From: a virus
Lineage: Duplodnaviria; Heunggongvirae; Uroviricota; Caudoviricetes
Virus record (IMG/VR): IMGVR_UViG_3300031555_002573
Coordinates: 44,572 to 108,571 of that record
Direction: 5' to 3' (one strand)
DNA: 64,000 nucleotides
Shown here: piece by piece, positions 1 through 10,174 of the stretch
Layout: each line of letters opens with the position of its first letter
Position numbering within the stretch: the first letter of the stretch is position 1
Translations under genes and position numbers: made by a program
Notes under the pieces: model-generated
Told to the model about the DNA's origin: nothing
Databases searched by the model: none
The model's input: only the letters and a program-made list of their open reading frames with translations

Positions 1-837
1 CAAGATAATATTCCAATAACTTGTCCACATCACAAAGGAGGAAAGGAAAATAAGCCTTCCTGCTTTGTATATTGTAGAAAAGATAACGATAAGGTTGAGT
101 ATGGTAGAGTTCACTGTTTTACTTGCGGATATAGTGTGAACTTACCTAAATTTGTAGGAGATTGTTTCAACCAATCTGAAGAGTTCGGAAAGTCTTGGCT
201 AGTACAACGATTTGGGTCATCTCTATTGATAGACTCAGATTATTTAGAGCCGATAGTGTTAGACCACCCTAAAAAACATTATATGGATGAGAGGATATTA
301 AATAACTATATGTATTATCATCCATATATGTGGAAAAGGGGATTGTCCAAAGAGGTTGTGGATAGATTTGGTGTTGGGTATGATAAAGAATACAATGCCA
401 TAACTTTCCCTGTTTGGGATGCTAATGATAACTTAGTTATGATTACATCAAGAAGTGTGTCCAACAAATATTTCCATATAGAAAAGAATAAAGATAAACC
501 TGTTTATTTATTAAATTTTATAAAGAGAGATAAGATAAATAAGGTTTATGTTACGGAATCACAGATTAACGCTCTTACTCTGTGGAGTTGGGGGTATCCA
601 GCCATAGCTCTTTTTGGAACAGGTAGTTCTTATCAGTATGACATATTAAATGGGTCAGGGATAAGAAATTATGTTTTATGTTTTGACGGAGATGAGGCCG
701 GCTTAAAAGGAAGAGACAGATTTATAAAAAACATAAGAAAAGATGTTTTGATATCCACTATTTCTATCCCTATGGGTAAGGATGTTAATGATTTGACTAA
801 AGAACAATTTGAAAACTTAGAAGAAATTTTTATGTAA
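1..837 (+). CDS. DNA primase (DnaG-like, CHC2 zinc finger plus TOPRIM), 5' end outside the window
   Basis: The reading frame continues upstream of nt 1 (..CPHHKGGKENKPSC..VHCFTCGY = CHC2 Zn finger). TOPRIM-like YVTESQINALTLWSWGYPAIALFGTG and CFDGDEAG are present. Confidence 0.7.
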   Translation, partial: QDNIPITCPHHKGGKENKPSCFVYCRKDNDKVEYGRVHCFTCGYSVNLPKFVGDCFNQSEEFGKSWLVQRFGSSLLIDSDYLEPIVLDHPKKHYMDERILNNYMYYHPYMWKRGLSKEVVDRFGVGYDKEYNAITFPVWDANDNLVMITSRSVSNKYFHIEKNKDKPVYLLNFIKRDKINKVYVTESQINALTLWSWGYPAIALFGTGSSYQYDILNGSGIRNYVLCFDGDEAGLKGRDRFIKNIRKDVLISTISIPMGKDVNDLTKEQFENLEEIFM

Positions 838-873
838 CATTAGTTGACTTTTATGTCAACTTGTAGTATAATA
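838..873 (+). promoter_or_regulatory. conserved extended promoter (TTGACT, 17 nt, TATAAT) with a GTTGAC/GTCAAC palindrome over the -35
   Basis: Member of the 19-copy family; -35 at 844-849, -10 at 867-872. Confidence 0.6.
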
Positions 874-907
874 TAATTACTAATTATTAAAAAGGAGATT
901 TTTATTT

Positions 908-1678
908 ATGGCAAAAGTAAGTTTTGACACAGCAGTATCGAATATGAATAACGATACTAACAATGGTAACTCTGTAGGATTTTTCACATTGAAGAATGAT
1001 GGAGATGAGGCTATTGTTAGAATTATGCACGATAGTGTGGATGATTTTGACATTGTTAGTCTTCATCCGGTGAATCTTGGAGGAAAGTTCAGAACAGTTA
1101 ACTGTATTCGTGAGCCTCGTGAGCCGATTGATAATTGCCCTTTGTGTAAGAATGGCACAAAAATTCAATCTAAGATTTTTATTCACATGATTCAGTACAC
1201 TGTTACACCTGAGGGAAAGATTGAGGCAAAGCCTGTTGTGTGGGAGCGTTCTATCTCTTATGCAACTAAGTTGAAGAACGATATTGATGAGTATGGCCCT
1301 CTCTCTAATTGTATCTTTAAGATTAAGAGAAATGGTAAGCCTGGCGATATGCAAACTACTTATGATATGAAGTTGGGCAACCCTAATATGTATAATGAGG
1401 CTTCCTATCCTAAGATTGAAGGTGCATTCACTAATTATACCGCTTGTGGTACAGTGGTTATGAATAAGAACTATGATGAATTGGTCACTTTTGTGACTAC
1501 CGGAGCTTTCCCAGAGAAGCCTCAAAATAATACAAATACAACTGTTTCTAATGTCCCTCCCAGAGCCGCTATGGATGTCATCGTGGATGATGAACCACAA
1601 ACTAATCGAGCACCTTGGGACCCCACCCCCGGTACTAATACCTATACCACTCCTAATAGACCCACTCGCTATTATTAA
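908..1678 (+). CDS. hypothetical protein with a CPLCKNG Cys pair
   Basis: ATG after an AAAGGAG RBS; 256-aa ORF; no recognisable family. Confidence 0.55.
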   Translation: MAKVSFDTAVSNMNNDTNNGNSVGFFTLKNDGDEAIVRIMHDSVDDFDIVSLHPVNLGGKFRTVNCIREPREPIDNCPLCKNGTKIQSKIFIHMIQYTVTPEGKIEAKPVVWERSISYATKLKNDIDEYGPLSNCIFKIKRNGKPGDMQTTYDMKLGNPNMYNEASYPKIEGAFTNYTACGTVVMNKNYDELVTFVTTGAFPEKPQNNTNTTVSNVPPRAAMDVIVDDEPQTNRAPWDPTPGTNTYTTPNRPTRYY

Positions 1679-1696
1679 TAGCGAGGAGGGTTGCTA

Positions 1697-3136
1697 ATGA
1701 TGGATTCACTATGGGGTGAGGACTTTAAGGTTGAAGAAACCCCAAAAGTAGCAAAAAAGATTGTAAATAAGATAAACAATCCTAAAGGTGTAAGTAAATC
1801 AAAAAGCTCTAAAAAGGTTGTTGTAGCATTGGATGAACAAATGGACCTTATTAGAGCCGAGGTACATAGGATACTAGGTAAGTACAAAGACAACACAATA
1901 GTAATCAAGACGAAAGAGCAATTAAAAGATTATATTGATAAGTCAATTAAAAATGGAATTATCGCCATTGATACTGAAACTAACAATAGTCTTGACCCCA
2001 TTACATGTAAGTTGATGGGTCCTTGTATCTACACTCCGGGTGAGAAGAATGCCTACATACCAATTAATCATATTAACCCAAATACAAGGGAAAGATTAAG
2101 CTGGCAATTGACAGAGCAAGATATCTACGAGGAATTTGATAGGCTTGTTGATACTCTTATTATAATGCACAATGGTAAGTTCGACTATCAAGTTATTAAG
2201 TGTACAACAGGTAATAAACTTAAGGTATATTGGGATACAATGATAGCTACTCGAATTCTTAATGAGAACGAAAAAAGAGCTGGCTTGAAAGAACAATATA
2301 TTGATAAAATAGACTCCTCTATTGAAAAATATGACATTGAGCATCTGTTTAAGGGATTAGAGTATGCAATCTTTGAACCTGAGTTGTTTGCTTTGTATGC
2401 CGCTACTGACGCTTATATGACTTATAAGTTGTATTTGTGGCAAAAGAAACAGTTTGATAAGGCAGAGCATAAAAAGTTGTTAAGATTGTTTCTTGATGTT
2501 GAAATGCCCATTATGGAAGTTGCAGCTGAAATGGAACTCACAGGCATTGAGATAGATAAGGAATATGCTCAAAGATTGAGTGATAAATATCATAGAATGC
2601 TTGACAATGTACAAGCAAAGATTGATGCTCAATTGGATGAATATAAAGATGTTATTGCACAGTGGAGACTTACTGATGAGGCAAATTTCCATACGAAGAG
2701 TGATAAACCAGATAAAAATGGTGAATATAAACTAAAAAAGTCCAAGAGTGAACAACTTAAAAGCCCTCCTGAACTTACAAGTCCGTCACAATTTGCTATA
2801 CTTCTTTACGATGTATTAAAGATTCCCCCAATAGACAAAGATAATCCAAGGGGTACCGGCGAGGATATCATAAAGAAAATAGACAACCCTTTATGTGCTC
2901 TTGTGTTGGAACAACGAGGAATCGATAAACTTATTGGTACATATATTGATAAGTTACCTGGGTGTGTAAATGAAAAAACAGGTAGACTTCATGCTCACTT
3001 TAATCAGATGGGAACTGAAACTGGACGATTTAGTTCGAGTGACCCAAACCTTCAAAATATTCCATCTCACGAAAAAGCGATTCGTATGATGTTTAAGGCG
3101 AGAGATGGGTATGTTATGGTCGGAAGTGACTTCAGT
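1697..3136 (+). CDS. polA: DNA polymerase I family, exon 1 (3'-5' exonuclease domain and N-terminal part of the polymerase domain)
   Basis: Exo I IIAIDTETNNSLDP, Exo II NGKFDYQV and Exo III YAATDAYMTYKLY are present, followed by RLHAHFNQMGTETGRFSSSDPNLQNIP. The ORF then runs into a stop right after DFSLQ, exactly where motif A DYSQIELR is expected. Confidence 0.8.
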
Positions 3137-4239
3137 TTACAAAATGTTGGCTGAAGTAAAACTAACTTAAGTCAGTGAACACTTATAGTAGTGGTTCATA
3201 TTATAAGTCAATACTGAGCAAAGATTTTACTCAAAAAGATTTAAAAATTGATTTTGTTGAGAAAAGTCATAAAAATTTACACTAAATTATATGTAGAAAT
3301 AATTTTAAAGGTGTGAATAATAATGACTATCTACAAAATAACGAACAATATAAACGGAAAGGTATATATTGGACAAACCATACAAAAATTAAGTTCGAGA
3401 TACAGTAACCACTTACAACGAGCAAATAGAGGAGTTAACACTCGACTTTATAATGCTATGCGTAAATACGGTACAATGAATTTCACGATTGATGTTGTGG
3501 AAGAGATTGATGACACTGTTGACAATCCAAAGATGGTTCTTGATGAAAGGGAAAAATATTGGATTGATTATTATCAATCTTATGGTAAGAAAGGATATAA
3601 CTCAACAGTTGGTGGGGATGTAAATCCAATGAACTGTGAATATTCTAAAAACAAACACGACTCTAAAATGAGAAGTGAAAGTGTTAGAAAATCCATATCA
3701 GACTCTTTAAAAGAATACAGGAGGCAGCACCCATTTTCAGAAGAGCACAGAAAAAGATTGTCTCAAAGTGCTATGGGAAACCACAACTTTGGTACTGGTG
3801 ATACCCGTTCTATTGGTGTCTACTGTATAGATAAAGATGGTGAAAGAAGAGAGTTCCATTCGATAAAGGATGCCACTGTGTGGTGGTTTGATACATATAA
3901 ACCTTTTGGTGATAAATATGTTCTTATAACTCTACAACGAAAAATAAGAGCCTCAATAGATAAGAAAAAGAAATTTGATATTGATTGGTTTAAAATTGAG
4001 TAAAATTTGTGTGAAGAGACTATCGAAAGCGTATATTAAGTAGGGATATTTAATAAAGTAAGTGAGTAGAGTACAGCCCAAGTGGGTTAGCTTACTAATG
4101 AGATTAGTTAGTAGTAAGTCTATTAAATGGAAACAGTTAGATAAGTATATAGAAAGACCTTTTATATACTTATAAGAGATAGTCCAATTACTATGGTGAC
4201 ATAGGAAGATTGTGGGAACGACAATCAAAATTTTAAAAG
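3137..4239 (+). mobile_element. putative group I intron in the DNA polymerase gene (about 1.1 kb) carrying a GIY-YIG homing endonuclease ORF
   Basis: Exon 1 frame ends ..GSDFS(t). The exon 2 frame opens at 4240, after a G, with QQEPRLLSGYSGDEN. The joined product DFS|QQEPRLLSGYSGDE matches Pol I motif A DYSQIELRILAHLSGDE. Boundaries were inferred by frame and homology only. Confidence 0.5.
3323..4003 (+). CDS. GIY-YIG homing endonuclease (intron-encoded)
   Basis: N-terminus IYKITNNINGKVYIGQT ... SSRYSNH ... LYNAM ... E..W is a classic GIY-YIG module; own RBS. Confidence 0.8.
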   Translation: MTIYKITNNINGKVYIGQTIQKLSSRYSNHLQRANRGVNTRLYNAMRKYGTMNFTIDVVEEIDDTVDNPKMVLDEREKYWIDYYQSYGKKGYNSTVGGDVNPMNCEYSKNKHDSKMRSESVRKSISDSLKEYRRQHPFSEEHRKRLSQSAMGNHNFGTGDTRSIGVYCIDKDGERREFHSIKDATVWWFDTYKPFGDKYVLITLQRKIRASIDKKKKFDIDWFKIE

Positions 4240-5274
4240 CAACAAGAACCAAGACTCTTGAGTGGCTACTCAGGTGATGAAAATATGATAAATGCATACA
4301 AACAAGGTAAAGACCTATATGCCACTATCGCTTCCAAAATTTATCACAACGATTATTGGGATAATATGGAGCATTTACAAGATGGTACAGCAAGTCCTGA
4401 AGGTAAGAAAAGAAGAAGTTCTGTTAAAGGACTACTACTTGGAATCCTTTACGGAATGGGGGCACAATCTATTGCTAATACAATTAAGGGAACGTATGAA
4501 GAGGCACAAAAGATTATCGATGACTTCTATCGAGAGTTTCCTAAGGTAAAAAGATGGATTGATGAGACCAACGAATACGCTAAAGCTTATGGATATGTGG
4601 AGGATATGTGGGGCAGAAGACGAAGATTGCCTGACATACAAATGCCAAAATACATTGTTAGTGTGTATGGAGAAAATAATAATAGTCTTGAGTTTAATCC
4701 CATAATCGGTGCAAAGAATATTGTTAAAAAAGAAAAACATCCAAAAGTGGCACTTTATGAATCTTTGTTGGATAAGGCAAAAACACTTAAGGATGTAAAT
4801 AAGATAAAAAGTGATGCAAAAAGAGATGGTGTAGTTATTCAAGACAATGGTGGATACATAAGTAGAGCAGAGAGACAATGTGTAAACGCTCGTGTCCAAG
4901 GTGGGGCGGCAACAATGTCTAAAAAGGCAATGATAAAAGTTTATCATGATGAGGAGCTTAAAAATCTGGGATTTAGATTGATGCTAGCTGTTCATGATGA
5001 GTTAATCGGAGAGTGTCCACGAGAAAATGCTAATAGGGTGGCGGACAGACTTTGTGAGATTATGAAAGTGTCTGCCCTACCAGAGTGCATTACACCATTC
5101 AAATGCGACCCCACGATAGAAGGTGTTTGGTATGAAACTGATTACTCTGATGTTATTAGAGAAGAGTACCAATCCTACTTGACCACAATGAGTAAAGAGG
5201 AAGCATTCAATAAACTATGTGAGATTCATTGTGAGTGTACTCATTCACAATTGAGAAATTTTATAGATAACTAA
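4240..5274 (+). CDS. polA: DNA polymerase I family, exon 2 (motif A remainder, motifs B and C)
   Basis: LSGDENMINAYKQGKDLYATIASKIY matches Pol I after motif A; RRSSVKGLLLGILYGMG matches motif B; VHDELIGE matches motif C. Confidence 0.75.
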   Translation, partial: QQEPRLLSGYSGDENMINAYKQGKDLYATIASKIYHNDYWDNMEHLQDGTASPEGKKRRSSVKGLLLGILYGMGAQSIANTIKGTYEEAQKIIDDFYREFPKVKRWIDETNEYAKAYGYVEDMWGRRRRLPDIQMPKYIVSVYGENNNSLEFNPIIGAKNIVKKEKHPKVALYESLLDKAKTLKDVNKIKSDAKRDGVVIQDNGGYISRAERQCVNARVQGGAATMSKKAMIKVYHDEELKNLGFRLMLAVHDELIGECPRENANRVADRLCEIMKVSALPECITPFKCDPTIEGVWYETDYSDVIREEYQSYLTTMSKEEAFNKLCEIHCECTHSQLRNFIDN

Positions 5275-5285
5275 AAGGAGACAAA

Positions 5286-6416
5286 ATGGAAAAATTTATT
5301 ATTCGCTCAGAAGACTTGAAAGATGTATGTAGCAAGATTCTAACTGCAGTAGATAGCACCGAGCTATCCCTTGTAACTGAGACCCTTGAACTTATTGCAA
5401 AGGAAGATATTCTTACTGTTGGCGTTACCAATAGGGAGTACTTTGCAGAAGTAAAGTTCCAATTAGAAGATGTTCAGGATTTCCACGCAACAGTTAATGC
5501 TATGTTGTTCTTGAAGTTGGTGTCCCAAATTACAACTGACACCATTACATTAGGTGTGGAGGGCAACTCTCTTATCGTGAAGGGAAATGGTACCTATAAG
5601 TTGCCACTTATTTTTGATGGAGAAGAACTTCTCACCCTTCCTAAAATTGAAATCGAGAACCCTACCGCAACCTTCCCCATTAGTGCTGACACGCTAAACA
5701 GTATTCTACAATATAATAGCAAGGAACTTACAAAGGGCACTATTTCTAGACCAATCCAAAAATTGTATTATATGGATGAACTTGGTGCTATTACCTTTAC
5801 AAGTGGTGCTTGTGTGAACAGTTTCACCTTGCCTCAACCTGTCAAAGTTCTTTTTAATGGTAGACTTGTCAAACTCTTTAAGCTATTCAAAGAGGGCAAT
5901 GTAGAGTTTACTCTTGGTTATGATGCAATCAGTGATGAGATTATTCAAACTAAGGTTAGATTTAGCAATGGAGAAGTTTCTATTACTGCCATACTCTCTT
6001 GTGATGACACACTTGTAAATCAAGTGCCTGTTCAAGGAATCAGGGGTAGAGCAAATAATGAATACCCATACTCTATCAATATTAGTAAGGCGGCATTACT
6101 TCAAACCATTAACAGACTTACTCTATTTAACAACACAGATAATGCTTTTGCCAAACCTTATGGCACCATTGAATTTAAAGATAAGTGTATGGTAGTATAC
6201 GATGCTAAACATGAGAATTGTGAGGAACTCGATTACACCAATGAATCATCTAATGTAGAGGGTGTGTACGAGGCAGTGTTTAATCTATCCGACCTTAAGA
6301 CCACTCTTGATACATGTGTGGAACCTTACCTTTGTATGAGTTTTGGTGATAGCTCAGCGATGGTCATCTCTAGAGGAAATATTAAAAATGTTATTCCAGA
6401 GGTTAAATTAGTTTAA
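5286..6416 (+). CDS. hypothetical protein, possible sliding clamp or processivity factor
   Basis: 376 aa (beta-clamp size) immediately downstream of the polymerase; no motif verifiable by eye. Confidence 0.3.
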   Translation: MEKFIIRSEDLKDVCSKILTAVDSTELSLVTETLELIAKEDILTVGVTNREYFAEVKFQLEDVQDFHATVNAMLFLKLVSQITTDTITLGVEGNSLIVKGNGTYKLPLIFDGEELLTLPKIEIENPTATFPISADTLNSILQYNSKELTKGTISRPIQKLYYMDELGAITFTSGACVNSFTLPQPVKVLFNGRLVKLFKLFKEGNVEFTLGYDAISDEIIQTKVRFSNGEVSITAILSCDDTLVNQVPVQGIRGRANNEYPYSINISKAALLQTINRLTLFNNTDNAFAKPYGTIEFKDKCMVVYDAKHENCEELDYTNESSNVEGVYEAVFNLSDLKTTLDTCVEPYLCMSFGDSSAMVISRGNIKNVIPEVKLV

Positions 6417-6417
6417 T

Positions 6418-7266
6418 ATGATTAATGTAGAATCTATAGCCAATAAATTTAGAAACAGAGAATCAAAAGCTAAAGATATTTTTGACATACGAGAAGTCAG
6501 CAAAGAGATTGCTTATGACTTTATTAGGCAATACCACTATTTGGGTGATGCTAAATTCTTCTCTATGTATAACTATGGGTTATTTATACGGGGGACAAAT
6601 GAGTTGGTGGGGTGTGCCACCTACTCATTGCCCCAAGGCACGGAAGCATTGAAGGGATGGTTTGGTTTAGAATGTAATGACATTAGCGTTATGGAGTTAA
6701 CCAGACTATGTATGTTGCCAACTTTGAATGGTACAAACGCTACCTCATATCTTTTAAGCAATTCCATAAAAATGCTCAAGAATCATAAGGTCAGAGCGGT
6801 AATAACTTTGGCAGATGCGAGTAGGCATGTAGGTTCAATTTATCAAGTGTGTAACTTTAAATATTATGGATTGGCGAAAACAGCCAAGGATTTTTATAGA
6901 GATGATGGGGCTGTGAATCCAAGAGGAAAAACAGGCTCGATGATGGGAGTATATCTTCCAAGAACTAGGAAACATAGATATGCATACATACTAGATAAGA
7001 CACTTAAGTGTTTATATGAAGAAGAGGTTAGACCCACAACAGATGAAACACACACAACTTTGTGTTGTGATAGCGAGTTTGTAGTATATGACAATAGATA
7101 TGATAAATGGTATACATGTCCAAAATGTTGCACCCATATGATTGAGATTAACTCACAACAAGTTGATATGGTGATGAGTTCTGCCAATAAAAAAGAGTGT
7201 GTGGAGCAACTAATAAGAGAGATTGCACCAAAGCAACAATTGATGGAAGAAGTCTCGTTGTTTTGA
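6418..7266 (+). CDS. hypothetical protein (HYLG...ELTRL...ASRHVGSIYQVCNF core plus C-terminal CC..CPKCC zinc ribbon), possibly an acyltransferase-fold DNA-modification protein
   Basis: Motif pattern reminiscent of a GNAT/Mom-like acyltransferase fold; lies directly upstream of a DNA methyltransferase. Weak call. Confidence 0.3.
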   Translation: MINVESIANKFRNRESKAKDIFDIREVSKEIAYDFIRQYHYLGDAKFFSMYNYGLFIRGTNELVGCATYSLPQGTEALKGWFGLECNDISVMELTRLCMLPTLNGTNATSYLLSNSIKMLKNHKVRAVITLADASRHVGSIYQVCNFKYYGLAKTAKDFYRDDGAVNPRGKTGSMMGVYLPRTRKHRYAYILDKTLKCLYEEEVRPTTDETHTTLCCDSEFVVYDNRYDKWYTCPKCCTHMIEINSQQVDMVMSSANKKECVEQLIREIAPKQQLMEEVSLF

Positions 7267-7275
7267 GGAGGATGT

Positions 7276-8058
7276 ATGGTTGATTTAAAATTAGGTGACA
7301 ATAAAATAGTTCTTAAACAACTTGAGAGCGAGTCAATAGATTTTGTTGTCACCTCTCCCCCATATGATAACTTAAGAACTTATGATAATACGATGGATTG
7401 TTGGGGATGGGATGATTTTACAACAATTGCAAATGAATTATATCGAGTTATGAAACTTGGTGGCGTAGTTGTTTGGGTGGTGGGTGATGCTACAATCGAT
7501 GGCAGTGAAACTGGCACATCTTTTAAACAAGCATTGTATTTTAAAGAAGTTGGGTTCAATTTACATGATACAATGATTTATCATAAAGAGAATTATACAC
7601 CACTTACTCATAATCGATATGAGCAATGTTTTGAGTATATGTTTGTCCTTAGTAAGGGAAGACCTAAAACCTTTAATCCCATCAAGGTAAAATCAAAATT
7701 GGGTGGCAAGGTAGAAAAATACAGAAAAACCCAAACGGATGATAGGCAAGCTATTCGTGTCAGACATGATGATGAGTATTTTGTTATCAATGATACAAAG
7801 ATACATCCAAATATTTTTACCTATACTTGCGGGCAAGCAAAATCAGGACATCCAGCCGCATTCCCTGACGAACTTGCAAGGGATATGATTGAATCTTGGA
7901 CAAATGAGGGTGATGTGGTACTTGACCCATTTATGGGTAGTGGCACCACGGGTAAGTTTGCGGTGGCAATGAAAAGAAACTTTATAGGTATTGAGATAGT
8001 AGAAAGGTATTATGAGATTGCCAAATCCAGAATTGGTAACTCTAATGTCTTATGGTGA
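7276..8058 (+). CDS. DNA methyltransferase, beta class (N4-cytosine or N6-adenine)
   Basis: Motif IV VVTSPPYDN lies before motif I VLDPFMGSGTTGKFA (beta order); HPAAFP. Confidence 0.8.
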   Translation: MVDLKLGDNKIVLKQLESESIDFVVTSPPYDNLRTYDNTMDCWGWDDFTTIANELYRVMKLGGVVVWVVGDATIDGSETGTSFKQALYFKEVGFNLHDTMIYHKENYTPLTHNRYEQCFEYMFVLSKGRPKTFNPIKVKSKLGGKVEKYRKTQTDDRQAIRVRHDDEYFVINDTKIHPNIFTYTCGQAKSGHPAAFPDELARDMIESWTNEGDVVLDPFMGSGTTGKFAVAMKRNFIGIEIVERYYEIAKSRIGNSNVLW

Positions 8059-8064
8059 TGACTT

Positions 8065-8529
8065 GTGGCAAAGAATTATGGAAAAGAATTTGAGCAAAAG
8101 TTCAAAGAAGATTTTTTAAAAATTGCGAATTCCACCATAGATAGACTCTACGATGTGACCACTGGATATAAATCAATAAAACAAGTGTCAGATTTTATTG
8201 GGTATATTTATCCAAATATTTTTTATATCGAATGCAAGTCCCACAGAGGAGCATCCATTCCAATGGACAATATCACCCAATATGATAAGCTAAAAGAGAA
8301 GATAGGAATATCAGGTGTAAGGGCAGGAGTTGTCCTTTGGTTGATAGATAAGGATAAAGTAATGTACATCCCAATGTCAACTATAAAGAAACTGAAAGAA
8401 GATGGAGAAAAATCCATTGGAATAAGACACTTAAATGACTATAACATAATTGAAATACCCTCTACTAAAAAGAGGGTATTTATGGATAGTGACTATACAA
8501 TTTTAAAATCCTTGAAGGAGGGCGAATAA
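8065..8529 (+). CDS. RecU-like Holliday junction resolvase (PD-(D/E)xK)
   Basis: SDFIGYIYPNIFYIECKSH resembles the RecU catalytic D..E.K segment. GTG start. Confidence 0.4.
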   Translation: MAKNYGKEFEQKFKEDFLKIANSTIDRLYDVTTGYKSIKQVSDFIGYIYPNIFYIECKSHRGASIPMDNITQYDKLKEKIGISGVRAGVVLWLIDKDKVMYIPMSTIKKLKEDGEKSIGIRHLNDYNIIEIPSTKKRVFMDSDYTILKSLKEGE

Positions 8530-9014
8530 TGACAAGTTCAGTAGCAAAGGCATTAGATAATATCGATAAGACTTATGCTGATTTAATTGAAGTAGCAAAC
8601 GACATATTTGAAACTACCACAAAAGAAATTGATGCACTTATGGATGGTGCCTATGTTGACATTGAAAAAATGTCAAATGATGCCATTAGAGACTTAATGT
8701 TAAAGCTTTCTTTGAAATCCTATACTTTTAGTGAAATAAAAGAAAAATCAGCATTTAAGGCCACTCTTGGCGAAGTGACAAGAAAAGAAATATACGCTGA
8801 AAACTTTAATAATAGTGAAGGCACTGTAGCAGTCAGAGAGAATACAGCAATTCTTAATACTGGAGCAGAAATCTTGGCAGAAGAGATTTATGCCCTTGTT
8901 GCAAGTATGCTAAAAACTAAGCTGGAAGAAACACATAGAGTCGTAAGCACACTTCAAACCATTCTTATGACAAGAATGCAAGAAGCTAAGTTAACAACAG
9001 TAGATATTCAGTAA
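8529..9014 (+). CDS. hypothetical protein
   Basis: GGAGGG RBS followed by ATG; 161 aa. Confidence 0.55.
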   Translation: MTSSVAKALDNIDKTYADLIEVANDIFETTTKEIDALMDGAYVDIEKMSNDAIRDLMLKLSLKSYTFSEIKEKSAFKATLGEVTRKEIYAENFNNSEGTVAVRENTAILNTGAEILAEEIYALVASMLKTKLEETHRVVSTLQTILMTRMQEAKLTTVDIQ

Positions 9015-9025
9015 GGAGATATTAA

Positions 9026-10174
9026 ATGGCTTCAATTTCAGATATTGCAAAGAAACTAAATAGAGCTTATAAAAATGAAAAATTAGCATTGACAGCAAAT
9101 GTTATTCCTGCATACAAAAGATTGTCTTGTAATGATTTGGGCGCTGACTTCCCACTATATGGTGGGTTGCCTTATGGTAGAATTGTAACAGTTTCTGGAA
9201 AGGAACACAGCGGTAAAACAACTGGAGCGTGCACATTCTTATCGGCTTATCAAAGAGCAAATCCAGATAGGACTTGTATTTTCGTTGATGTTGAACATTC
9301 TCTAGACAAAGAGTTTCAAGCTGCTATGACCGGCCTTGACCTAACTAAACTTCTTTATGTTAACCCAGAAGGAATGTCAGGAGAGCAGATTATGGATGCT
9401 ATTCTTGAATTCCAAGATGCTGATGATGTTGGAATGATTGTGCTTGACTCTATTGCAGCCCTTGTATCTTCGAGAGACTACGATAGTGATATGGAAAAAG
9501 ATAATGGTATGGCAGGTGGTATTGCTAAACCTCTCGCCAAATTCATTAGAAAAATGCTTGATACACTTGCTGCAAAGGATAACATTCTGTTGCTCATTAA
9601 CCAAGTGAGACAAGTGGGTACCACCTTTACTGGGGCTGCAATTTATGATGAGCCTGGTGGACACGCACCTAAGTATTACGCATCAGTTAAGTTAAGATTT
9701 GGCACAAGAACCTTTACGAATGGTGACAAGGTGGATGCTAGGGATGGTGAAAATGCCGATGGATTTAGATTGACATTTGCTACTACCAAGAACAAGACAG
9801 CCTCTACACAAAGAGGTGGTGGTTTCTTAACTTATCGATATGATACGGGTCTTGATTGGTCATTTGACTTGCTAGAAGTTGCGATTAAGTATGAATTTAT
9901 CTCAAGACCAAACAACATGACTTATATTCTTGTAAATCTTGAAACTGGTGAGACATATAAGGATGAGGATGGAAATGACCTTAAATTTGTTGGTAAGCAG
10001 AAATTAAAGGATTTCTTAAATAGTAATGTTGAATTCCAAGTTCAATACCTCGAAATGCTAAATAGACATATTCAAGCAAATGCTAATCAATATGGAAGTT
10101 TGCTTGATGAGAGAACACTGGCCAAGATTAAAGCAGAAGAGAGTAGTGTGGAGAAGGAACAGGATGATGAATAA
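9026..10174 (+). CDS. RecA/UvsX-like recombinase
   Basis: Walker A GKEHSGKTT; IVLDSIAAL matches RecA strand-exchange motifs; 382 aa. Confidence 0.65.
   Translation: MASISDIAKKLNRAYKNEKLALTANVIPAYKRLSCNDLGADFPLYGGLPYGRIVTVSGKEHSGKTTGACTFLSAYQRANPDRTCIFVDVEHSLDKEFQAAMTGLDLTKLLYVNPEGMSGEQIMDAILEFQDADDVGMIVLDSIAALVSSRDYDSDMEKDNGMAGGIAKPLAKFIRKMLDTLAAKDNILLLINQVRQVGTTFTGAAIYDEPGGHAPKYYASVKLRFGTRTFTNGDKVDARDGENADGFRLTFATTKNKTASTQRGGGFLTYRYDTGLDWSFDLLEVAIKYEFISRPNNMTYILVNLETGETYKDEDGNDLKFVGKQKLKDFLNSNVEFQVQYLEMLNRHIQANANQYGSLLDERTLAKIKAEESSVEKEQDDE

Noticed and set aside
902-1600. 232-aa minus-strand ORF antisense to 908..1678
   Set aside because: Complete overlap with a plus-strand gene that has an RBS. 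The phage is otherwise transcribed on the plus strand, and AT-rich sequence commonly produces long antisense frames.
3155-3322. Possible promoter or terminator signals inside the DNA polymerase intervening sequence (ttgagaaaagtcat...tacact)
   Set aside because: Poor match to the conserved promoter family. More likely part of the intron structural core or HEG expression signals, which cannot be resolved by eye.
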